Shown here one piece after another: positions 21,753-30,007 of a stretch of 64,000 nt of DNA. Source of the stretch: Candidatus Babeliales bacterium (GTDB taxonomy: Bacteria; Babelota; Babeliae; Babelales; RVW-14); NCBI GenBank assembly GCA_019749895.1, contig JAIEPG010000002.1:66244-130243 (forward strand), given 5' to 3'. The translations under genes and the position numbers were made by a program. Below the pieces are notes generated by a model that was not told the origin of the DNA, made no database searches, and saw only the letters and a program-made list of their open reading frames with translations. Each line of letters starts with the position of its first letter. Positions within the stretch are counted from its first letter, which is position 1.

Positions 21753-23708
21753 TTAATTTTTATCTAACAATTGTCTGTCATTTTTTGAAAAGCTTTCAAA
21801 TGTTACGAGCGGCAACCGGTTAAACATAGCCGGCTCAATACTCAAAAACCGCTCATACATCAGATCTATACTGCCAAAAAAGCCTTCGCTCGTATTCAAG
21901 CCCAGCACACGACATGCATCATGAACACGCTCAGCACTGTCGCCTTCAATTTCTACAAAAGTAGGCAACCCCGGCCATTGATCAATAGCAAGTGTGCAAT
22001 TCATGAAACTCCACTCTTCACGATAATTCTCTTGGTACGATTTAGCCTTAAGACCAAGACTTTCTAAGAGCAGACAGCCTTTTGCAAAGTTATCAATCTT
22101 TATTTCTATTTCAGAAACACCTTCTATTTTTGTACCATCAGACAGTCGCTTAATAGTCATGGTAACGCAATTACCTTCATCACGAACACGACCCCAACTG
22201 TTTGCGCCCAGTTCAAAAGTTTTACGCTTCATCAACCGGTTGGCAACAAGAAGCGTTGCCCCTCGCTCTGCCAATAATTTTTTAAATTCTTCAGGCTCAA
22301 TAGTAAATCTGATTTCATATTCAATAGCCAATGCGTCCATAACCGCCTCTCTTTGTGTGATTTTTTTATTTGATAATATTTCTCGCGTACCTGCAAAACC
22401 AATATTCTGTGCAAACCAAGCAGCAACCTTATCAGGAAGCGCACGCTTATAATCACCTTCACAAACATCCATCGTAGCAACCAATGGACCAGAAACCCGA
22501 CCAATTGCAACATCACGCAAATATTCTTCCGCACACAAGGCAATACGAAGAATAACATCTTGGGCTTTTAGAGCATCACTCAATAATAAGGCACACGTCT
22601 CAACAATAAATGCGGTATATTCTGGATCAAAGGCATCTAGAGCTGTATTATTGTTTACTAATTTAATACAACCATCTTTTCTTCGCTGCTCCATCAATTC
22701 TACAATCACACCGCTATAAATAATTTCCAAAGCTTTTGCTGCCTCTTTATTGCCAAAAACAGTTGTCAACATAACCAAAGCACGATCTTGGTTATTAGTT
22801 GACAAACCATGTATCTTTGCTTGCAATAAAATATTTTTTATATCTTGAAGAGAAAACAATGGTTGATAATCATTGGAAACAAGAAAAAGACGATACTCAA
22901 AGCCAATTGATGAAACGATTTCACTTTCGCGTGAAAAAATATCTTTTGATACAAAATCACCAAGCCCATTAAAAAAATCTTTATACCTGGCCAAAAAACC
23001 ATACTCTTCAAGCTTACAAAGAAGCCAAAAGTGATCAAATAGATCATGTATCATAAAGGCTACTTTGGAATTTGCAAGACCGTTCACCGTTAAAATTCTT
23101 TGATTCTTGAGTTGGTCAAGCAGAGGCAAATCTGGCGCGTTTTGACAGCATTCTTTTAATACAGGCACAAATTCGGGCAGAACACTGCTGCAAATACCCA
23201 CTTTTTTGAGTTGATTAAAATTGCGCTCTGTTGGTTGAGAGCTACGTTGTAGAGCATCAAAATTTTTATGTTGTTCACAACGAAGAGCAAGATCTTGATC
23301 AATCTTACCAGTATCACTGATCAAAACTCTTACCGCATGATAAAGTTGCTCAATATCATCTTTGCCAAGCGCAAGCACAGGGCGGTGTTTAGAAGATACC
23401 GCATGTTCTTTATTTCTTGCCAAAAGACGCCACGCATCAACAGCACCTTGCGCACTTTCTGCATTCATTAAAACCGCACTCAATAAATGCAAAACCATTG
23501 CATCAGATGAATCACCATTAGAAATGGTACCCTGCTGTACAATGATCTCAATTACGCGATGCTTAAGCTCCCAGAATCGAATTTGTTCATACTCACTCAT
23601 AGCAACAAGTGATTTGCCAGCAATTTTATCAATGCTTGGTGAATCAGCATATACAGCACCAAACTGTACAAGAATTGCAAAGGATATTGCTGTTACTAAT
23701 CTCCGCAT
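21753..23708 (-). CDS. exported protein with about 450-aa unknown N-domain and C-terminal CYTH (triphosphate tunnel metalloenzyme / CyaB-like) domain
   Basis: I prefer the ATG at 23708 (MRRLVTAISFAILVQFGAVYA, signal-like). The C-terminal CYTH signature starts at EYEIRFTI (an ExExK-type strand). RVRDEGNCVTMTIKR, EIEIKI and TFVEIEG follow. Confidence 0.65.
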   Translation of the reverse strand: MRRLVTAISFAILVQFGAVYADSPSIDKIAGKSLVAMSEYEQIRFWELKHRVIEIIVQQGTISNGDSSDAMVLHLLSAVLMNAESAQGAVDAWRLLARNKEHAVSSKHRPVLALGKDDIEQLYHAVRVLISDTGKIDQDLALRCEQHKNFDALQRSSQPTERNFNQLKKVGICSSVLPEFVPVLKECCQNAPDLPLLDQLKNQRILTVNGLANSKVAFMIHDLFDHFWLLCKLEEYGFLARYKDFFNGLGDFVSKDIFSRESEIVSSIGFEYRLFLVSNDYQPLFSLQDIKNILLQAKIHGLSTNNQDRALVMLTTVFGNKEAAKALEIIYSGVIVELMEQRRKDGCIKLVNNNTALDAFDPEYTAFIVETCALLLSDALKAQDVILRIALCAEEYLRDVAIGRVSGPLVATMDVCEGDYKRALPDKVAAWFAQNIGFAGTREILSNKKITQREAVMDALAIEYEIRFTIEPEEFKKLLAERGATLLVANRLMKRKTFELGANSWGRVRDEGNCVTMTIKRLSDGTKIEGVSEIEIKIDNFAKGCLLLESLGLKAKSYQENYREEWSFMNCTLAIDQWPGLPTFVEIEGDSAERVHDACRVLGLNTSEGFFGSIDLMYERFLSIEPAMFNRLPLVTFESFSKNDRQLLDKN

Positions 23709-23837
23709 ATAAAGTGCTCCCGTGCAAAACAAACAAGTAAAAAATCTATGAAAAACCAATGATTGTGGAGCACATTATAAAGAAAAAATCTATTTACTCA
23801 ACAAAAATGCATATGCCAACAACAAAAGAAGAGCTTT

Positions 23838-25217
23838 TTAATTTCTATCTTTCTCTTCTTGAGCACCCTGCGCTCTGATCAACCCTTCATGCTCTTCAAT
23901 AATCTTTGACGCAGAAAAAACAACCAACTTACGGTTATGCGTTTTTATGCGCAAAAATTTACTGTCCAGCTGAATTGCTGCACGAAAATCTTCGAGCGTA
24001 CGCACCTTCTTGCCATTAATCTCTTCAATAACATCGCCAGGGAAAAGCGTGCGACCATTGTAAGCCTGCGTGTTAGGCAATATTGATGTCACCAAAACAC
24101 GCGGCTCTTCTTGCATTTCTCGTCGATTGAAATCAACCAAAAAGGGATTAAGCTCTGCAAAAAACATAATGTGATTCATTGTTAATGGCATCACAATAAT
24201 GCCGCCCAGCATTTCAATTTCAATCTTTTCAAGTTCAGGAAAAACCATACGAATAGGCAGCGGCTCTTGAAGATCAAATGAAACGGTTGTTTCTATTTTT
24301 TTACCTGAGCGATAGACAAGAAGGGGAATTTTTTGGCCAATACGAAAGCGGTTAAGCAACGCGGTCAAAGAAACTTTACCTTCACTCCATGGCTCACGCG
24401 CCTCGCCGTACATATCTAACTCATGGCCGCCAATGTGATACAGCATATCACCCTCTTGCATGCCCGCTTTATCTAACAGCGTATTTTTGTACACGCGAGA
24501 AACATACAAACCACCAGGCTGCGGGTTGCCAAGATATTCCAGCATTTCATTAGAACCATAATTGAGCTCGCAGCCAAGACGTGGCGTGCGCAACAACATA
24601 ACATTATGCAAATCTTCAATAACACCTTTGATGTCGCTGATGGGAATAATATACCCAACGTTTTGCGCTTCAGGCACAATTGAAGTATTAATACCAATCA
24701 CATTATTATCTTTGTCTACCGTAGGCCCGCCCGAGCTACCGGGGTTGAGTGCAGCCGTAATTTGAATAAACGACTCGCCCATAATGTGTTGACGACCACT
24801 CACAATACCTTGCGTACTCTTGATAGCATCTTGCCCAAGCGGAAAACCAAGGGTAATAACTTCTTGCGTACGCACAACTGTGTCTGAGTCACCCAGATTT
24901 AAAAAGGGAACACTGCCGAGCGTCTTTTTAATTCTTTCTATCGACTCGTCGGTTGCTTTAAGCAGCGCGACATCACGCGTGGGGCACACCCCAACAATCT
25001 TTGCCTGAAATTGTTCTTTGCCAAATGAAGGCAAGTAAAATTCTATACTAATAGCCTGAGAAACCACATGATAATTGGTTACTAAATGGCCAAGCTCATC
25101 AATAAAAAAACCACTGCCATAGGCACTTGAACCGTCTGGTGCGCGATATGGCTCTGCCCAGTTAAATGCAGCCGCCTGTACCAGTACCTGTACAACGGCA
25201 TTTTGCTGATCATTCAT
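23838..25217 (-). CDS. HtrA/Deg-like trypsin-fold serine protease with PDZ, lacking a signal peptide
   Basis: Catalytic triad contexts: TNYHVV, RDVALLK, NPGSSGGP. PDZ-like GGLYVSRVYKNTLLDKAGMQEGDML. The ORF starts at MNDQQNAVVQVLVQAAAFNW, which aligns to the mature region of its two paralogs. Only 21 nt separate it from the upstream gene's stop. Confidence 0.85.
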   Translation of the reverse strand: MNDQQNAVVQVLVQAAAFNWAEPYRAPDGSSAYGSGFFIDELGHLVTNYHVVSQAISIEFYLPSFGKEQFQAKIVGVCPTRDVALLKATDESIERIKKTLGSVPFLNLGDSDTVVRTQEVITLGFPLGQDAIKSTQGIVSGRQHIMGESFIQITAALNPGSSGGPTVDKDNNVIGINTSIVPEAQNVGYIIPISDIKGVIEDLHNVMLLRTPRLGCELNYGSNEMLEYLGNPQPGGLYVSRVYKNTLLDKAGMQEGDMLYHIGGHELDMYGEAREPWSEGKVSLTALLNRFRIGQKIPLLVYRSGKKIETTVSFDLQEPLPIRMVFPELEKIEIEMLGGIIVMPLTMNHIMFFAELNPFLVDFNRREMQEEPRVLVTSILPNTQAYNGRTLFPGDVIEEINGKKVRTLEDFRAAIQLDSKFLRIKTHNRKLVVFSASKIIEEHEGLIRAQGAQEEKDRN

Positions 25218-25238
25218 CTTTCTCTCCTGCCCAAAATG

Positions 25239-26765
25239 TTATGCTTCAAGCTCTTGCACAAGTTGTGATTTCTTATAAAAATTTGTGCTGGCAAGCTTAG
25301 CTTCTTCCTGTACTACCGTTTCTATTGCCAATACCATAAAACGTTTAGACTCAGTTTTTACCGATAAAAAATCTTTGTTTTGCATCACGGCACGCCTAAA
25401 ATCTTTTAGCGTATAAACTTTTTCACCATTAACCTCTTCTACAATATCGCCAATTTCAAGAACGCGAGCACGCTGCGTTGCCGAATTATTAAAAATATGC
25501 GTTAAGATTAAGCGCGGTTTACTCTGATTTTCACGACGATGATATTTGACTAAACTGGGAAGTTCAAAAATATCCAAATGATTTTGCGTAAGTTCCATAA
25601 CCACCATGCCACCAATAATTTCATAATCAATTGTTTCATAGCCTGGGTAAAACTTACGAATGGGCAACGGCTCTTGCAAGGTAAAATCAAACGATACACT
25701 CATTTTTTTTCCACGACGGTAAAAATTCAGCGTAAGTTTTTGTTTTAATTTAAAGCGATTTAAAAGCGAAACGAGAGGCACTTTGTCTTCACTCCACGAA
25801 ACATTTGCCTCACCGTACAAATCCAGCACATGTTCGTTAATACCGTAGAGCATATCGCCTTCTTGAAGGCCTGCCTTTTCTAGCAACGTGTTTTGGTAAA
25901 CGCGCGCCATATAAAGCCCCCCAGGCAAAGGGTTGTTGAAAAACTCCAACATATCTTTGCTGCCATTGTTAAACTTGCCACCCAAAACGGGCTTGTGCAA
26001 TAACTTAGTCAAGTACAAGGCATCAATCATGTTCATCACGTCATTGACCGGAATTATGTAGCCAACATTTTGCGCTTTGGAAATAGTGGCCGTATTAATG
26101 CCAATCACATCGCCATCGGCATTAAGCGACGGCCCGCCAGAGTTGCCAGAATTGATTGGCGCGGTTATTTGAATGTACGACTCACCCCACAACCCCTCAC
26201 GCCCACTCACAATGCCTTGTGTACTCTTGAGTTTTTCTTGGCCCAGCGGGTAACCAAGCGCTAGCACTTCTTGCGTACGTACTACTTTGTCTGAATCACC
26301 AAAATTTAAAAATGGCAACGTACCAAGTGCTTCAACAATTTTTTCGCGCGCACTGTCGGTTAGTTTGAGCAACGCAATATCGCGCTCAGGACAAATGCCT
26401 ACCACATTAACATCAAAACGCTCTTTACCCAGCGAAGGCAGCTGAATTTTTATAGCAACACTTTCGTCAATCACATGATAATTTGAAATCATATGACCTT
26501 TATCGTCAATTAAAAAAGCGGTTCCCCACGCTCTACCTTGTTTGGGAGATTTAAAGGGCTCTTTCCAGTTAAATGCAGCCGTTTCAACAAACACTTGCAC
26601 CACGGTATCTTTGGCACGCTTTTGTACCTGGCGCCAGTTTGGCGCAACAGGGATTTCTGGATCTTTTGGCACGTCTACTGTGCGCTTACGCGCGAATGCT
26701 AAATCGTTAACAAAAAGACTGGCTACCACAGTTAAAAGTAGCCACGTACTAATTTTTTTTCTCAT
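25239..26765 (-). CDS. exported HtrA/Deg-like serine protease with PDZ
   Basis: MRKKISTWLLLTVVASLFVNDLAFA signal, from the ATG at 26765. Triad contexts: SNYHVI, RDIALLK, NSGNSGGP. Confidence 0.85.
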   Translation of the reverse strand: MRKKISTWLLLTVVASLFVNDLAFARKRTVDVPKDPEIPVAPNWRQVQKRAKDTVVQVFVETAAFNWKEPFKSPKQGRAWGTAFLIDDKGHMISNYHVIDESVAIKIQLPSLGKERFDVNVVGICPERDIALLKLTDSAREKIVEALGTLPFLNFGDSDKVVRTQEVLALGYPLGQEKLKSTQGIVSGREGLWGESYIQITAPINSGNSGGPSLNADGDVIGINTATISKAQNVGYIIPVNDVMNMIDALYLTKLLHKPVLGGKFNNGSKDMLEFFNNPLPGGLYMARVYQNTLLEKAGLQEGDMLYGINEHVLDLYGEANVSWSEDKVPLVSLLNRFKLKQKLTLNFYRRGKKMSVSFDFTLQEPLPIRKFYPGYETIDYEIIGGMVVMELTQNHLDIFELPSLVKYHRRENQSKPRLILTHIFNNSATQRARVLEIGDIVEEVNGEKVYTLKDFRRAVMQNKDFLSVKTESKRFMVLAIETVVQEEAKLASTNFYKKSQLVQELEA

Positions 26766-26850
26766 GCACACCCTCTCTCGTTTTTTGAAAAATCGATGAC
26801 AGTGTTAGCAGAACATAAAGTGCCATTCAAATTCAACGCATAAATAAAAA

Positions 26851-26878
26851 AGGGCGACGCCTGTTGAGACATCGCCCT
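26851..26878 (-). terminator. terminator after 26955..28583
   Basis: AGGGCGA / TCGCCCT stem with a 14-nt loop. A- and T-runs flank it on both sides. Confidence 0.5.
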
Positions 26879-26954
26879 TTTTTTGAATACTTCTGGCCTT
26901 TTAGCCACCAATGGACTTCAAATTAACCTTGCCATCAGGAAAATATGATTTTTA

Positions 26955-28583
26955 CTAATTCAACCCTTCAGCCAACAAATGAACTAGTTCAGATTTTTTG
27001 TAACCATATTGCTGGCACAAAATATCTTCTTCTTGAATAATGTCGCGCACCAGTAAACAGAAAAATGAACCGCCTTCGCATTCAATGGTCAGGTATTCAC
27101 TGCCCTTGCCGGCAATAATTGCCTCACGCAGGTCTTGCACGGTGTGCACGGTAACGCCATTAATTTTGCTCACAATGCGATCGCCTTCTCTAAAGCAGCG
27201 CGTTTTGTGCAAACTTGATGTTGGCAAAAGAGCGGTCATAATCAAACGCGGCTCAAAGCGTTTTTCTTCGCGCTCGTACTTAGTAATCATGGACATATCA
27301 AAATCAGGATAATAGCGAGCAATCTCTCTGAATATGTCGATATGATTAAGCGTTAATGTTACAAAAACCATGGCTCCCAAAACTTCGTACGGCAACGCAT
27401 CTTCATACCACGGGTAGTAGCGCTTGATGGCAAAGCTATCAGTTCCAGCTACAACAACTGATGTTTCAAGAAGTTTCCCATTGCGATAATACGTCAAGGT
27501 AGCAGTGCTGCCAAGCTCTATGCGCGCCATAAAATCACGCAATGAAACTTTGTCGCGCGTCCACGAAACATTAAGCTGGCCGTAACGGTCGATTACCGTA
27601 CCATTTACTGCGTACACAATATCGCCTTTTTGCAAGCCAGCTTGTTGGGCCAGCGAGCCCTTGCTTACTTTGGCAACATAAACACCACCATCGGTTGGGT
27701 TGCCCAAAAATTTGAGCGTATGTTCGTTAACCGGCGTCAGCTTGCAGCCCCAGCAGGGAGGACGCGTAATTTTATTTTTAATTAACTCAGCAAGCATGGC
27801 TCTAACATTGTTAATAGGAATTAAATACGCAACGCCTTCAGTGTCGGCACCCACTGCCTTGAGTACACAAATACCAACTACATTGCCATTTTCGTCAAGC
27901 GACGGCCCGCCAGAATTGCCAGGATTAATAGGCGCCGTTGTTTGAAGACATTCCCCAACACTGGTGCTTTCGCGCCCCGAAATAATGCCCAACGAACTCT
28001 TTAAATTTTCTTGGCCAAGTGGATAGCCTAAAATTAACACTTCTTGCGCTTCAGCCAAACCATCTGAATCACCACACGAAAAATAAGTCAGCTGCTCAAC
28101 CCCCAACGCCTTTTTAATTTTTTCTAAATCACGATCAACAATTTTTACCAATGCCACATCTTTTTCTGGGTTTGCACCAACAAACTCAAGTTCAAAATAT
28201 TCACGGCCAAGCGCAGGCACTTGTGCATACAGCGGATTGCCCTGGTTAACCACATGAAAGTTGGTCAATACATAACCATCACCTGAAATCACAAAACCGG
28301 TACCGCAACTAAAACTTTGGTCTGGTATTTTGTACGGCTCCATAATGTTCATCACATTGTGGCACACGGTAATGCGCAGCACGGCGTTGCCATAGGCACG
28401 GCAAATACTCGACCAATTGTGATGAGCACGTACTGGGCTTTTGTGTTCAAAATTTTCAACAGCTGGTACCGCTTGTCCCGTTGGCGTAGCATGCCTACGC
28501 TTACCAACAATCACATTGGGAAAGCCCAATGCCAAAAACAACGAGCAGGCAAGCAGACGACGAACAATCATAAACATACTCAT
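26955..28583 (-). CDS. exported HtrA/Deg-like serine protease with PDZ
   Basis: I prefer the ATG at 28583 (MSMFMIVRRLLACSLFLALGF), which has GGGAG upstream. Triad contexts: TNFHVV, KDVALVK, NPGNSGGP. Confidence 0.85.
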   Translation of the reverse strand: MSMFMIVRRLLACSLFLALGFPNVIVGKRRHATPTGQAVPAVENFEHKSPVRAHHNWSSICRAYGNAVLRITVCHNVMNIMEPYKIPDQSFSCGTGFVISGDGYVLTNFHVVNQGNPLYAQVPALGREYFELEFVGANPEKDVALVKIVDRDLEKIKKALGVEQLTYFSCGDSDGLAEAQEVLILGYPLGQENLKSSLGIISGRESTSVGECLQTTAPINPGNSGGPSLDENGNVVGICVLKAVGADTEGVAYLIPINNVRAMLAELIKNKITRPPCWGCKLTPVNEHTLKFLGNPTDGGVYVAKVSKGSLAQQAGLQKGDIVYAVNGTVIDRYGQLNVSWTRDKVSLRDFMARIELGSTATLTYYRNGKLLETSVVVAGTDSFAIKRYYPWYEDALPYEVLGAMVFVTLTLNHIDIFREIARYYPDFDMSMITKYEREEKRFEPRLIMTALLPTSSLHKTRCFREGDRIVSKINGVTVHTVQDLREAIIAGKGSEYLTIECEGGSFFCLLVRDIIQEEDILCQQYGYKKSELVHLLAEGLN

Positions 28584-28740
28584 AAAATCTCCCAAAATAG
28601 TAAAACGATAAAGCAACAGCCTAGCAATCTTTTGGCTTTTGTTAAATGACATGCACATACTCTCGACGTTTTAATAAAAAGATTGCTATAAGAAAAGATA
28701 GGTCGTATCTTTTTATCAGAGGCATGAATAACAGTATGAA

Positions 28741-29370
28741 ATGGGCCAAAATAAACAAGGGCAGGCAGTGATTGATTTTCTGGTAGGCAACATTCAAGAA
28801 GTAAACGAAAAGTCGGTAACGCTGGACATGAAGGGCATTGGGGTAACTATTGGCGTACCGCAGGCTCACAAACTTGAAAAAGATAAAGACATTCATTTAT
28901 TTACCTACCTGCACTGGAACCAAGAACAAGGTCCCAGCCTCTTTGGTTTTCTTTCAAAACTTGACCGCAAAGTTTTTTTGATGGTGATTGATTGTCCCAA
29001 AATTGGCCCCAGTATTGCCATGAGCATTTTATCGCAACTGACCGCCAACCAATTCCTTGAAGCAGTCAGCACCAACGACGAAAAGACATTAAGCTCCATC
29101 AGCGGCATTGGCGCTAAAAAAGCCGAACAAATTATTGTGCAACTTAAACATAAAGTCCAAAAATTATTACTCTCACACGAGATTGCATTTGAAGAACAGG
29201 CAAGCTTTGTACAATGGCAAAATGTCAACGAAGTACTTGGTTCACTCAATTATTCTAAACCTGAAATTGCCAAAGTTATGAGTTATTTGACTGAAAAATA
29301 TAAGAGCCAAAACTGCTCGCTGGACCAACTTATCCGCTCTGCACTCTCGTATCTTTCAGGCAACCCTTAA
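28741..29370 (+). CDS. ruvA: Holliday junction branch-migration complex subunit RuvA
   Basis: IDFLVGNIQEV..VTLDMKGIGVTIGVP, FGF..LDRKVFLMVIDCPKIGPSIAMSILS and SISGIGAKKAEQIIVQLK (HhH). The true start may be the GTG at 28768. Confidence 0.85.
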   Translation: MGQNKQGQAVIDFLVGNIQEVNEKSVTLDMKGIGVTIGVPQAHKLEKDKDIHLFTYLHWNQEQGPSLFGFLSKLDRKVFLMVIDCPKIGPSIAMSILSQLTANQFLEAVSTNDEKTLSSISGIGAKKAEQIIVQLKHKVQKLLLSHEIAFEEQASFVQWQNVNEVLGSLNYSKPEIAKVMSYLTEKYKSQNCSLDQLIRSALSYLSGNP

Positions 29371-29389
29371 GCTCTAAAACAAGGAGCTT

Positions 29390-30007
29390 GTGGTGAACAA
29401 GCGGGCGGGATTTTCCCTACTCGAATTACTAATCACGCTGGGCATTTTGGTAGTGGTTATTGGTTTTTCGCTACCCCGCTTTTCATTTTTTACCAACATA
29501 ATTTTGAATCACGAACTTGACCGACTGTTTATGGTTTGCTCATACCTGCAACAAAAAGCTATTGCTACTCACCAACCACAAACATTATCTTTTGATATTC
29601 AAAACAATCAGTACAGCTACCTGCACCACAACAAACCGCACACATTTAATTTGTCTGGTTCACTCAAATTTGGCTCACTGCCCAAAACCAAGGGCCCACC
29701 AGCATGGCCAAAAAATATTGTAAAAACGCCGGTAACGTTTCAGCCTGCACAAAAGGCAGTCTTCTTTCCTGACGGCAAAGTAAGCCCAGGAACCGTTTAT
29801 ATTGTTGATAAAGGCCAAAAAATAATGGGCGCTTTAACCTGTGCAATCTCTGAGGTATGCTACATAAGAAAGTATCGTTACAACAACAATCAATGGCAGC
29901 TGGTGCCAACAGGCAAAAAAACTTACCATGATAAAGTGGCTACGCCGCGCAGCGCTCAGTTTGATAACCGGCCTGGTTATCACGTTGCTGATGGTGCAAA
30001 ACAGTAA
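29390..30007 (+). CDS. type IV pilin-like pseudopilin (GspH/FimT-like)
   Basis: Prepilin leader and N-methylation motif KRAG|FSLLELLITLGILVVVIGFSL. GTG start with AAGGAG upstream. The last 80 nt overlap the next ORF. Confidence 0.75.
   Translation: MVNKRAGFSLLELLITLGILVVVIGFSLPRFSFFTNIILNHELDRLFMVCSYLQQKAIATHQPQTLSFDIQNNQYSYLHHNKPHTFNLSGSLKFGSLPKTKGPPAWPKNIVKTPVTFQPAQKAVFFPDGKVSPGTVYIVDKGQKIMGALTCAISEVCYIRKYRYNNNQWQLVPTGKKTYHDKVATPRSAQFDNRPGYHVADGAKQ

Noticed and set aside
28642-28896. 84-aa minus-strand ORF spanning the protease/ruvA divergent intergenic region and the ruvA 5' end.
   Set aside because: It overlaps the well-supported ruvA start region. It has a hydrophobic low-complexity composition typical of AT-rich non-coding translation, and no RBS.
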